Shown here: positions 20,507 through 30,295 of the stretch, piece after piece
Layout: every line of letters starts with the position of its first letter
Numbering within the stretch: the stretch's first letter is position 1
Assembly (NCBI GenBank): GCA_964604995.1
Contig: CAZSAD010000007.1
Location: 1 to 51,163 of the forward strand
DNA length: 51,163 nt
Direction: 5' to 3'
Source: an uncultured Methanosarcinales archaeon
GTDB taxonomy: Archaea; Nanobdellota; Nanobdellia; Woesearchaeales; JABMPP01
Program-made: the position numbers and the translations under genes
The notes under the pieces: generated by a model
Databases searched by the model: none
The model's input: only the letters and a program-made list of their open reading frames with translations
What the model was told of the DNA's origin: nothing

Positions 20507-22843
20507 GTGGATGACGTTGAACAGCTTGAACTTGTACCGATAAACTCCATGTCTGATAATGAAATTAATGCTTTTCTTAAAAGTAATAATCTGTCTATTA
20601 AGATAGAAGAAGCTAGACTAGTAGCTAAAAAGTTAAACAGGGAGCCTACACTAACAGAATTACATGTTTTTAATACTGAATGGAGCGAGCACTCTAGTTA
20701 CAAAAGTAGCAAAGACACACTAAAGATGCTTCCAACACAAGCAAAAAATGTTATTTTGGGTCCAAGCGAAGATTCTGGAATTGTTGAACTTGGAACAATA
20801 AATGGTGAAAAATGGGGAGTTGTAATAAGTCATGAAAGTCATAATCATCCAAGTCAAGTTGTTCCATATGAAGGCGCAGCAACAGGAATAGGTGGCAATA
20901 TAAGGGATGTATTATGTATGGGTGCAAAAGTAATTGCCAATGCTGATCCATTAAGATTTGGAAATCCAAATGGCAAAAATTCACAAAAAGTAAGATATAT
21001 TACTAATTCAGTTGTAAATGGGATTGCAGATTATGGCAATGCAGTAGGCATTCCAGTTATTGCAGGTGATACTTATTTTTCAGATTCTTTTGATGATAAT
21101 TGCTTAGTAAATGTTGTTTGTCTTGGAATTATAAAATCTAAAGAGATAATTCATAGCCATGCACCAAAAGATTCTGTTGGCTACGATGTTATAATTGTTG
21201 GAAAAGCGACAGATTATTCAGGTTTTGGCGGAGCTGCATTTGCAAGTTTAGTTTTAAATGAAAAAGAAGAAAAACAAAATAAAGGTGCAGTTCAAGTTCC
21301 TGACCCCTTCTTAAAAAATGTGCTTTTACATTCTACATATGCAGTTTTTGAAGAAATAAAAAAAAGAAAACTAGAGGTCGGCTTCAAAGATATGGGAGCA
21401 GGCGGTATAATGTGCTCAACTTCTGAACTTGGTGCAGCAGCAGGTTTAGGCATAGATATAGACCTTGACAAAGTTCATACATCAATTGATAATTTACCGC
21501 CTTATGTAATTGCCTGTGGTGAAACACAAGAACGTTTTACTTGGATTGTGCCACAAGAATTTACACCAATACTTCTCAAAATTTACAATGAGGATTTTGA
21601 TTTGCCAAATGTTGCAGAAAAAGCTAAAGCAGTAGTTATAGGTAAAGTAATTAAAGAGTCTTATTACATAATGAGGCACAATGGCAAAATAGTTTGCAAT
21701 GCTCCAATTCAAGAAGTAACAAGCGGAATAAAATATTCTAGAGAATCAAAAGAGCCAAAATCTACATTTAAAGAGCCAAATCTTAAAGAGCCAACATCTT
21801 ATAAAAATGTTCTTCTAAAAGTACTTGCTCATCCAGATGTTTGCAGTAAAGAAAAAATCTACAAACATTATGATACAAGTGTTTTGGGTAATACAATAAT
21901 TGCACCAGGACAAGCTGACGCAGGTTTATTATCCCCAGAAGAAGTTAAACCCTATGGAATTGCCCTCTCAACAGATTCAAACCCAAGAATTTCAAGAATA
22001 AGCCCTTATTGGGGTGCTGTAAATGCAGTTGCTGAATCAATGAGAAATGTTGCAGCAATTGGTGCAGTTCCTTCAGCTTTAACTGACTGTTTAAATTATG
22101 GCAATCCTGAAAAGCCTGAAAGCTTTTGGCAATTTCAAGAAGGAGTAAAAGGTGTTAGCGATGCAGCTAAAAATATTTACAGATTTCAAACTAAAGAACC
22201 TGTTGCGGTTGTTTCTGGCAATGTAAGTTTTTATAACGATAGTACAAAAGGTGTACCAGTTGATCCTTCTGCTATAATTTCTTGTGTTGGAATAATGGAA
22301 GATTATAGCAAAGCAATTACTACTTCTTTGAAAAAAACAAATTCAATAATTTATCTGGTAGGGGAAAGAAAAAATGAGCTCGGTGGAAGTGCATATTATT
22401 CTTTGTTTAATGAAAATGGTTTAGATGTACCAAAAATAAATTTTGAATCCGAAAAAAATATGATACATTCAGTTTTGAATTTAATAGATCAAAGATTACT
22501 TTTATCCTGCCATGATATCTCAGATGGAGGTATGGCAGTAACTGCAAGTGAAATGTGCATACTTGGAAATTTAGGAATGGAACTTGATATGTCGTTTACA
22601 CAATTAAGATATGATAAGGCAATGTTTAGTGAAAATTCTGGATACTTAATTGAGGTCGACTCTAAAAACATACAAAAAGTTGAAAAAATTTTAAAATCTT
22701 TAAATTTACAATTTTGGAAAATTGGACACACAAGAAAAGATACTAAACTTTCAATTAAAGCAAAAAATAGAAAAATTTTGGATGTCAAAATTGAAGAGCT
22801 TCAATTAAGCTGGTCAAATGCTCTTTCGGAGCTGATGAAATGA
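20507..22843 (+). CDS. purL: FGAM synthase subunit PurL (small type)
   Basis: WSEHSSYKSS, ESHNHPS, GAATGIGG, DMGAGG, DCLNYGNPE, SGNVSFYN, HDISDGG. GTG start. Confidence 0.97.
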   Translation: MDDVEQLELVPINSMSDNEINAFLKSNNLSIKIEEARLVAKKLNREPTLTELHVFNTEWSEHSSYKSSKDTLKMLPTQAKNVILGPSEDSGIVELGTINGEKWGVVISHESHNHPSQVVPYEGAATGIGGNIRDVLCMGAKVIANADPLRFGNPNGKNSQKVRYITNSVVNGIADYGNAVGIPVIAGDTYFSDSFDDNCLVNVVCLGIIKSKEIIHSHAPKDSVGYDVIIVGKATDYSGFGGAAFASLVLNEKEEKQNKGAVQVPDPFLKNVLLHSTYAVFEEIKKRKLEVGFKDMGAGGIMCSTSELGAAAGLGIDIDLDKVHTSIDNLPPYVIACGETQERFTWIVPQEFTPILLKIYNEDFDLPNVAEKAKAVVIGKVIKESYYIMRHNGKIVCNAPIQEVTSGIKYSRESKEPKSTFKEPNLKEPTSYKNVLLKVLAHPDVCSKEKIYKHYDTSVLGNTIIAPGQADAGLLSPEEVKPYGIALSTDSNPRISRISPYWGAVNAVAESMRNVAAIGAVPSALTDCLNYGNPEKPESFWQFQEGVKGVSDAAKNIYRFQTKEPVAVVSGNVSFYNDSTKGVPVDPSAIISCVGIMEDYSKAITTSLKKTNSIIYLVGERKNELGGSAYYSLFNENGLDVPKINFESEKNMIHSVLNLIDQRLLLSCHDISDGGMAVTASEMCILGNLGMELDMSFTQLRYDKAMFSENSGYLIEVDSKNIQKVEKILKSLNLQFWKIGHTRKDTKLSIKAKNRKILDVKIEELQLSWSNALSELMK

Positions 22844-23907
22844 TAAACAAAAAAACAAAAAAACAAAAAAAGTTTGCAAATTTCAAAGTTTCAAAGAAAA
22901 TAAAAAAAGATAGTGATGATGTTTTAGATACTACTTTTATTCAACAACCAGACAAACTCAATGCTCCAAAAGTGGCAGTAATTTGGTTTCCGGGTACTAA
23001 TTGTGAAGATGAAACTGTAAGAGTTTTAAGAACTGTTGGAATTAAAGCAGATGTAGTTAGGTGGAATTGTGATACTTTGAAATTAAGAGATTATGATGGG
23101 TATGTTCTAGCTGGTGGATGGAGTTATGAAGATAGGATTAGAGCAGGAGTAATAGCTTCTAGAGATCCAGTTATGGATGTAATAAAATTTGAATCAGACA
23201 AGGGTAAACCCGTTTTAGGAATTTGCAATGGGGCGCAAATACTTGTAGAAAAAGGGATGGTACCTTCTACAAAATTAGATATTGAAATGGCATTGGCACC
23301 TAACCACAATCCTTTTATTGGTGGTTATTATTGCACTTGGACATATGTTAAAGTTGAAAATACTAAAGGTGCATTTACACAAAATTTCAAAGCAAATGAG
23401 ATTATAGCTTTACCAGTTGCACATGGCGAAGGAAGATTTACAACAACCGATTTAGAAGTTAAAGAAAAAATACGCAAAGAAGGATTAATAGCATTCAAAT
23501 ATTGTGATAGTAACGGCAAAATCATAGAAAAATTTCCCACTAATCCTAATGGTTCATTTGCAAATATAGCAGCTCTTTACAATCCTCGTGGAAATGTTTT
23601 GGCAATAATGCCGCATCCTGAAAGAGCAAGCAGTCTAAAATATATTCCTGGATTTTTTGGAACTCAAAAAGAAGGCGAAAGTGCAGCTTTAGCAAGAAAA
23701 ATATTTGAATCAATGCGAAATTATATGGTGAAAATGAAAAAAGATTTTTTATTAAAAGAAATTGCATTAAAAAAAGAAACACAGGCAAGGATTGAAGCAA
23801 TGGCAAAAGCATCAGCTAAGCTTCTAGCAAAGCAAGCAAAATTACCTGGAAATAATAGTAAAAACAATAATCTACAACACAAACATCCCATCAAAGGTGG
23901 TAAATAA
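22840..23907 (+). CDS. purQ: FGAM synthase glutaminase subunit with Lys-rich terminal extensions
   Basis: FPGTNC, GICNGAQ (Cys), HGEG, NPNGS, MPHPER (His, Glu). Confidence 0.96.
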   Translation: MINKKTKKQKKFANFKVSKKIKKDSDDVLDTTFIQQPDKLNAPKVAVIWFPGTNCEDETVRVLRTVGIKADVVRWNCDTLKLRDYDGYVLAGGWSYEDRIRAGVIASRDPVMDVIKFESDKGKPVLGICNGAQILVEKGMVPSTKLDIEMALAPNHNPFIGGYYCTWTYVKVENTKGAFTQNFKANEIIALPVAHGEGRFTTTDLEVKEKIRKEGLIAFKYCDSNGKIIEKFPTNPNGSFANIAALYNPRGNVLAIMPHPERASSLKYIPGFFGTQKEGESAALARKIFESMRNYMVKMKKDFLLKEIALKKETQARIEAMAKASAKLLAKQAKLPGNNSKNNNLQHKHPIKGGK

Positions 23908-24383
23908 TGCCTGAAATAGAAATGATGGTTTCATTAATCATCCCCGATAATACTGCTCTTACTTCAATAAATGTTTTGCATAAAATGGGCTACCATAAAC
24001 TTTTACACTTAAAACGTGAAGCATATTATAAATTCACATATGAAGGTGATTCAAAATCATTTTCTGAAAAAATTTCGAATGTTGATATTTTAGTAAATAA
24101 TAATAAGCACTCTGTCAAATTCAAAAAACAGTCAGAAACATTTGGTGATTCTAAAACTAGAATATTAATAAAAGAAATTGATGATTCTGGTCAGTCAATA
24201 CTTTCTACTCTAAAAAATAGGTTTGGTTTTAAAAATCTAAAAAAAGTTGAAACAGGAACAATCTGGGCATTAGCTATTGATGATAAACCTGAAAATATAA
24301 CTTCAATTGCATGGGATATAGCAAGAAAACTTTTCTACAATAAACATTATCAAACAGCTGAAATATTACATAATAAACAATAA
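23907..24383 (+). CDS. purS: tandem-duplicated PurS-like subunit
   Basis: 158 aa, about twice PurS length. Both halves show D...I...L..(M/F)G(Y/F)..L and end in N-x-x-x motifs (LVNNNKH, FYNKHYQ). Lies directly after purL-purQ. Confidence 0.7.
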   Translation: MPEIEMMVSLIIPDNTALTSINVLHKMGYHKLLHLKREAYYKFTYEGDSKSFSEKISNVDILVNNNKHSVKFKKQSETFGDSKTRILIKEIDDSGQSILSTLKNRFGFKNLKKVETGTIWALAIDDKPENITSIAWDIARKLFYNKHYQTAEILHNKQ

Positions 24384-24428
24384 ATAACTAACTAAATCAA
24401 AGAGTATGCATTAAGGGGTTGAATTTTA

Positions 24429-25187
24429 ATGACTGATGTTTTAATCATATTTGGGAGCAATTCTGATAAACAAATTTATGAAAAAATTCAAACAAACATA
24501 AAAAACAGTCATTCAATTGTTTGTTCTGCACACCGAAGTCCAGATATCTTAAATGAGGTATTAAAAAATACTCCGGCAAAAATATTTGTAGCTGGAGCAG
24601 GTCTTGCTGCGCATTTACCTGGAGTTATTGCATCAAAGACAATAAAACCTGTGATTGGTGTTCCAGTCAATAGTAATTTTCAAGGATTGGATTCATTATT
24701 ATCAATTGTTCAAATGCCTCCCGGAATACCTGTTATGTGTGTAGGAGTTAACAATTCTTTTGAAGCTGCAAAATATGCAAAGCTTATGCTAAAACAATTT
24801 AATGCTGTTACAATAATTGGTGATGTTAGGGATAAAAACAATGAAAAAGTAATTAAGGCAATTGAAGTTCTAAATAAATTTGAAGTACCCTATGAATTTT
24901 CACAGGAAGTATCTGAAAAAAATATTAATTTACATTTTGGTGAATTTGCTATGGAAAAAGGTTTGACAATTAATATTCCTTTAATTGATTCATCTAAAAT
25001 AGAAAACGCAACAAAACTTTTACACCTCATGCAAAATGGATTATGGGTGGGTTTAGGCAGAGGGGAAAATGCAGCAATTGCGGCAGTTGAAATTTTGAAT
25101 TTAGATGGCACTTACACTCAAAAACTAAATAACTATAGATTAGAAATGAAAAATAAAATTATTGAAGAGATGAAAAAGAATGGTTAA
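24429..25187 (+). CDS. purE: N5-CAIR mutase/AIR carboxylase with degenerate second PurE-like half
   Basis: GSNSD, SAHRSP, AGAGLAAHLPG, PVIGVP, GLDSLLSIVQMPPGIPV; C-terminal GENAAIAAVEIL...KLNNYR. Confidence 0.92.
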   Translation: MTDVLIIFGSNSDKQIYEKIQTNIKNSHSIVCSAHRSPDILNEVLKNTPAKIFVAGAGLAAHLPGVIASKTIKPVIGVPVNSNFQGLDSLLSIVQMPPGIPVMCVGVNNSFEAAKYAKLMLKQFNAVTIIGDVRDKNNEKVIKAIEVLNKFEVPYEFSQEVSEKNINLHFGEFAMEKGLTINIPLIDSSKIENATKLLHLMQNGLWVGLGRGENAAIAAVEILNLDGTYTQKLNNYRLEMKNKIIEEMKKNG

Positions 25188-26079
25188 AAAAAATATTAAC
25201 TCTAAAACTAAATTAAAAAATCCATTAAAAAACCAATTAAAAAATCAATCTGATATCAAATTTGAAGATATGAAAAAATTAGCATTCAATGCAGTTACTG
25301 GTGCAGGTTTAATTCTTGAAGATTTTTTTTACAAATCTTATTCAATTAAAATTAAATCTCATGGAGATATTGTAACACAAGCAGATTTAGCATCTGAAAA
25401 ATACCTAATTGATTCAATAAAAAAGAAATATCCTAATGCAAATATTTATTCTGAAGAAGCAGGTGGAAAAGTACAAGCAAAAAAAGATGAATATCACTGG
25501 ATAATGGATCCTTTGGATGGTACAAATAATTTTTCTTCAGGAATAGCTTCGTTTTTTATTGTGCTTGGAATTGTAAAAAACAATGAAATCATATTTGTAA
25601 TAGATTATCAACCCATAACTAAACAAATGTATTGGGCACAAAAAGGCAAAGGAGCTTTTTTAGGCCAAAAAAAAATTCATGTCAGAAAAAATTCAAGATT
25701 AACAGATATTGAATGTGCATTTGGTATACTTAAAAAAACAAAAAATGCAAAAGAGCTAATGAAAAGTTATGTTCGTGCATATGATCTTTTTTTCAAATCA
25801 AAAAAAACAGGGTGTATTGGGATGAGTATTGCAGCAATTGCATCTGGAAAAATGGATGCTAACATTACTAATTTTATGTCTTTACACGATGGGGTTATTC
25901 TTTCATTGTTAGTAGAAGAAGCAGGTGGCAAAGTAACAGATTTGCAAGGAAATAAACTTACTCCTAAATCAGATGCATATTCAGTGTATCTTTATTCAAA
26001 TGGAGTCGCACACAATAATTTAATAAAATATTTCAAAAAGTTTATCGCATTAAAGAATACTAAAAAAAGTAAAAAGTAA
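25180..26079 (+). CDS. inositol monophosphatase family phosphatase
   Basis: VTQADLASE, SEE, WIMDPLDGTNNF, HD...LLVEEAGGKVTD. Overlaps purE. Confidence 0.92.
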   Translation: MVKKNINSKTKLKNPLKNQLKNQSDIKFEDMKKLAFNAVTGAGLILEDFFYKSYSIKIKSHGDIVTQADLASEKYLIDSIKKKYPNANIYSEEAGGKVQAKKDEYHWIMDPLDGTNNFSSGIASFFIVLGIVKNNEIIFVIDYQPITKQMYWAQKGKGAFLGQKKIHVRKNSRLTDIECAFGILKKTKNAKELMKSYVRAYDLFFKSKKTGCIGMSIAAIASGKMDANITNFMSLHDGVILSLLVEEAGGKVTDLQGNKLTPKSDAYSVYLYSNGVAHNNLIKYFKKFIALKNTKKSKK

Positions 26080-26128
26080 AAAAATTATTAATAAAAAATT
26101 ATTAATAAGAATTAGATAGGGTGATTAA

Positions 26129-27094
26129 ATGTTAACAACAAAACAGATAAATGTGCAACTAAATAATACATTAAAAGAAACTAATTTTAATTTGCATGGT
26201 AAATACATTGGAAAAGTTAGAGATAATTATCAATTGACTGGTAAAACAAAAAAAAGATTGATTGTAACTACAGATAGAATTTCTTGCTTTGATAAAATTG
26301 TAGGAACTGTTCCATTCAAAGGTCAAGTGTTAAATCAAATTGCAGCATTCTGGTTTGAACATACTAAACATATAATCAAAAGCCATGTTGTCGATATACC
26401 TGATCCAAATATTATGGTTGGTTTAGAGTGTGAACCTTTACCAGTTGAAGTAATAGTTAGAGGGTATATGACTGGTAGTTTATGGAGAGATTATTTTTCA
26501 GGTAAAAAAGAATCCTATGGCTTAAATTTTCAGCAAGGTTTAATCAATCAACAACCTTTCGATGAACCCATTTTAACACCTTCTACCAAAGCAGAACATG
26601 GTAAGCACGATTTACCAATTTCTCCAAAAGAGATAATAAAACAAAAACTTGTAAGTTTAGATGTTTGGAAGCAAATTGAAGAAGTTTCATTAAAATTATT
26701 TGAACATGGAACAGAAATGCTAGAAAAAAATAATCTTATATTAGTTGATACAAAATATGAATTTGGTTTATTAGATGGCAAACTAATTTTAATTGATGAG
26801 ATTCATACGCCTGATTCATCTAGATTTTGGTATCTTGATACATACAAAGAACTTTTTGATAAAGGTTTAGAACAAAAACAATTAGATAAAGAATATGTAA
26901 GACAATGGTTAATCAAAGAAAGAAATTGGATGGGCGATGGTGAAATTCCAATTCTTCCAGATGATGTAAAAATTGAAGCTGCAAGAAGATATATTGAAGT
27001 TTATGAACAAGTAACTGGAAAAGATTTCGAATATTACAAAGAAGATATTTTATCTAGAATAACTGAAAACCTCAAGAAAAATAAATATCTTTGA
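26129..27094 (+). CDS. purC: SAICAR synthetase
   Basis: GKVRD, TDRISCFD, VEVIVRGY, TPSTK, DTKYEFG, DEIHTPDSSRFW, DKEYVR. Confidence 0.97.
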   Translation: MLTTKQINVQLNNTLKETNFNLHGKYIGKVRDNYQLTGKTKKRLIVTTDRISCFDKIVGTVPFKGQVLNQIAAFWFEHTKHIIKSHVVDIPDPNIMVGLECEPLPVEVIVRGYMTGSLWRDYFSGKKESYGLNFQQGLINQQPFDEPILTPSTKAEHGKHDLPISPKEIIKQKLVSLDVWKQIEEVSLKLFEHGTEMLEKNNLILVDTKYEFGLLDGKLILIDEIHTPDSSRFWYLDTYKELFDKGLEQKQLDKEYVRQWLIKERNWMGDGEIPILPDDVKIEAARRYIEVYEQVTGKDFEYYKEDILSRITENLKKNKYL

Positions 27095-27214
27095 TTTTAA
27101 ATCTAAAATTATTAGGTTTTTTGTTGCCTGGTTAATTTGTAAAATTTAATTGTGTAGTTAGGATTTACTTAAATTTCGCAATGCTTTTAAATCAAAGCCA
27201 ACTAATACTTTTAT

Positions 27215-28600
27215 ATGGACATTTATGACAACATTTCTCCAATTGATTTTAGGTATTATGGTAAAGATAAATATGTTTTTGATAAATTAAAACCTTATCT
27301 TTCAGAAAATGCAATGATACAATACATGCTAAAAGTGGAAGTAGCACTAACTGTTACATTAGCTGATAAAAAAATCTGTTCAAAAGAAATCGCGCAAGAA
27401 GTAAAAATAGCAGCATCAAAAATTAAGACTGTAGATGTTTATGCTGAAGAAGATAGAATAAAACATAATGTTAGGGCATTAGTTAATCTTATTAGAAAAA
27501 ATGTAAGTAACAAAGCAAAACCCTATGTCCATTTTACAACAACTAGCCATGATATAATCTGTACAAGCGAAGCATTGCGATATAAGGATGTTGCACAAAA
27601 AGTACTTATTCCTGAATTAATTAACTTGCAAAAAACATTAATCAATTTAGCATTAAGGGAAAAAAATACTCTGCAAATAGGTAGAACTCATGGGCAACAC
27701 GCTGAACCAATAACATTTGGGTTTGCACTTTCTTATTATGTTTCAAGACTTGGAACAAGAATTCAAAGTTTAAAATTTTCAGCCAATAATTTGAGGGGTA
27801 AAATTTCAGGAGCTGTTGGAGCGTATAATGCAAGTTCATTATTTTTTAAAAATCCAACTGAATTTGAAAAATCAGTTTTAAAAGAATTAGGATTAAGTTC
27901 TGCAGGTCAATCAACACAAATTGTTGAACCTGAATATGTTACCGATTATATACATTCTATTATCTCCACTATGGGAGTTTTGGCAAATCTTGCAGATGAT
28001 ATGCGAAATTTACAAAGAAGCGAAATAGCTGAAATAGGTGAAGCATTTGCAAATGAACAAGTAGGGTCTTCTACAATGCCCCATAAAAGAAACCCAATCA
28101 ATTTTGAAAACGTTAAATCTATGTGGAAAACATTTATGCCAAGAATGGCAACTGTTTATTCTGACCAAATAAGTGAGCACCAAAGGGATTTGACAAATTC
28201 CGCTTCATCAAGATTCAATGTTGAAATAATTGCAGGACTTTTTTTAATGTTAAATAGACTAAATAAAGTTTTAAGCAAATTAATTGTAGACAAGAAAAAT
28301 TTAACAAGAAATTTTTCATATTCTAGAGATATGATAATAGCTGAACCATTGTATATCTTGCTTGCAGCAAATAATCATCCTGATGCACATGAACATGTAA
28401 GAAAATTAACTCTTGAAAGTCAAAGGCAAAAAGTCCCATTAAAAGAAATTATTTTTGCAGATAAGACTCTTACAATTTACTTAAGTAAATTTTCAAAAGA
28501 ACAAATTGATATTCTAAAAAATCCAGAAAAATATGTTGGCATAGCTTCTAAAAAAGTAGATGAAGTTTGTAGTTACTGGAAAAAAGAATTAAAATTATAA
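27215..28600 (+). CDS. purB: adenylosuccinate lyase
   Basis: GRTHGQHAEP, GAVG, GSSTMPHKRNP, HQRDLTNS. Confidence 0.96.
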   Translation: MDIYDNISPIDFRYYGKDKYVFDKLKPYLSENAMIQYMLKVEVALTVTLADKKICSKEIAQEVKIAASKIKTVDVYAEEDRIKHNVRALVNLIRKNVSNKAKPYVHFTTTSHDIICTSEALRYKDVAQKVLIPELINLQKTLINLALREKNTLQIGRTHGQHAEPITFGFALSYYVSRLGTRIQSLKFSANNLRGKISGAVGAYNASSLFFKNPTEFEKSVLKELGLSSAGQSTQIVEPEYVTDYIHSIISTMGVLANLADDMRNLQRSEIAEIGEAFANEQVGSSTMPHKRNPINFENVKSMWKTFMPRMATVYSDQISEHQRDLTNSASSRFNVEIIAGLFLMLNRLNKVLSKLIVDKKNLTRNFSYSRDMIIAEPLYILLAANNHPDAHEHVRKLTLESQRQKVPLKEIIFADKTLTIYLSKFSKEQIDILKNPEKYVGIASKKVDEVCSYWKKELKL

Positions 28601-28669
28601 TTCTAAAACCCTAACTTAATTATAATAAAAATAAAATATAAAAAATACGCTTTTAAAATACCTCTTTAG

Positions 28670-29158
28670 TTAATTAGCTTCTTCCAATCCAAATTTTTCA
28701 ATCCAAACCGGATCTGCCATAAAAGCTTCTCTTTTAATATCATCAATGATGTAGTAGACTTGTTTACTTTTAACACCGTATTTCATCTCAATCACTTCCA
28801 AGAAATCTTCACACTCCCTAATGTTTTTAAAAACTCCTTCCATCAAAAAATCAAACCCATTATTTATCTTATACAATGAGTTAACATTTTGATGGGTGAG
28901 TAAATATTTTTCAACTGTTTCTCTTTGGTCGCGATTTACTTTCATTATAATTTTACATCTTGCATTATATCCTAGTTTTGAAAAATCTAAAAGTGCAGTA
29001 TAACCATTTATTATATCTCCTTCTTGTGCTTTTAACCTATCATAAATTGTTGAAACGGGAATTCCAGTTTTTCGGCTCATCTTTGTTAGTGTTTCTCTTG
29101 CATCTGCTCTAAGATTACTAATAATCATCATATCTTTTTTATTTACCATTTCAACCAC
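28670..29158 (-). CDS. Lrp/AsnC family transcriptional regulator
   Basis: DARETLTKMSRKTGIPVSTIYDRL HTH; YTALLDFSKLG; RAM-like C-domain. Confidence 0.92.
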   Translation of the reverse strand: MVEMVNKKDMMIISNLRADARETLTKMSRKTGIPVSTIYDRLKAQEGDIINGYTALLDFSKLGYNARCKIIMKVNRDQRETVEKYLLTHQNVNSLYKINNGFDFLMEGVFKNIRECEDFLEVIEMKYGVKSKQVYYIIDDIKREAFMADPVWIEKFGLEEAN

Positions 29159-29242
29159 CTTTTTTAGCCAAATTTATTATTTTTAATTTAAGCAAAAAGC
29201 TTCAAATTTTATTGAATATGTGTAATTGAATGAATATATATA

Positions 29243-29282
29243 AATTATTATATAATTATAATAATTATTATAATATTATAAT
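29243..29282. repeat. perfect 20-bp tandem duplication in Lrp/PhoU divergent promoter
   Basis: AATTATTATATAATTATAAT x2, each containing palindrome TATAATTATA. Confidence 0.7.
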
Positions 29283-29323
29283 TTTTGCAAATATTTAAAT
29301 ATTTAAATAAATTTAAGGATTAA

Positions 29324-30250
29324 ATGAAAAGAAAAGTATCCTTGATTGGGCCATCAACATTAATGGTTAGTTTGCCTTCAAAATGGGTAGAACAAAATAA
29401 AATAAAAAAAGGAGATGAACTAGATATTGAACTACTAGAGCAAGAGTTGATTATTTCTTCCAAACCAAAACAGCCAGATTATAAAAAAATAGACTTAGAC
29501 GAAAAATCCTTAGGATTTATTACAAAAAATATTCTTGCATATCTTTACCATAAAGGTTATGACGAAATAAGAATTAATTTTAATCATGAAAATGATAAAC
29601 GGTTTGTTTTGTCAAAAATAAATGAATTAATAGGTTATGAAATTGTATCAGAAACTCAAGATACTATCACAATTAAAAATGTTAGTGAGCCCAAACCTGA
29701 AGAGTTTGATAATATTTTAAGAAGAACATTTTTACTACTTTTAGAAATGGCTAAAGGATGTTATGATTCACTTGCAGCTTTAGATACTGATAAATTAGGG
29801 GAGGTAGCTTTGCTTGAAAGCGCAAATAATAGATACACTGATTATTGTAAAAGAACAATCAATAAATTTGGGTATAAAGAGCGTGCAAACTCTTCTTTAA
29901 TCTATATTATTATAAGAGACTTAGAAAAAATTGCAGATATCTACAAATCAATTTGCATGTATTTTTTGAAAAATGGAGCAGATAAACTAGATAAAATTTT
30001 ATTAGATACACTCAAAAATACCAATTACTTGTTAAAATTATTTTATGAGTTGTATTACAAATTCGATGTCAAAAAAGCTGAAGAATTTAAACTGATTTAT
30101 GACAAAACCTACAAAATAACTTTTGAAAACTTGATAACCCTAAAATCTAAAATGGATAATTCCTCAAGAATAATTTTTTGTACCTATTTGTTACAATTAC
30201 AAAATACAATTTATGAACTTTACGGCCCATTTTATACCTTAAAAATTTAA
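29324..30250 (+). CDS. AbrB-PhoU family regulator (second paralog)
   Basis: RKVSLIGPSTLMVSLPSKW...KKGDEL; LEKIAD. Confidence 0.9.
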   Translation: MKRKVSLIGPSTLMVSLPSKWVEQNKIKKGDELDIELLEQELIISSKPKQPDYKKIDLDEKSLGFITKNILAYLYHKGYDEIRINFNHENDKRFVLSKINELIGYEIVSETQDTITIKNVSEPKPEEFDNILRRTFLLLLEMAKGCYDSLAALDTDKLGEVALLESANNRYTDYCKRTINKFGYKERANSSLIYIIIRDLEKIADIYKSICMYFLKNGADKLDKILLDTLKNTNYLLKLFYELYYKFDVKKAEEFKLIYDKTYKITFENLITLKSKMDNSSRIIFCTYLLQLQNTIYELYGPFYTLKI

Positions 30251-30295
30251 ACAAGATATCATTGGGCATATTTTATTGGATTAGAATATTAAAAT

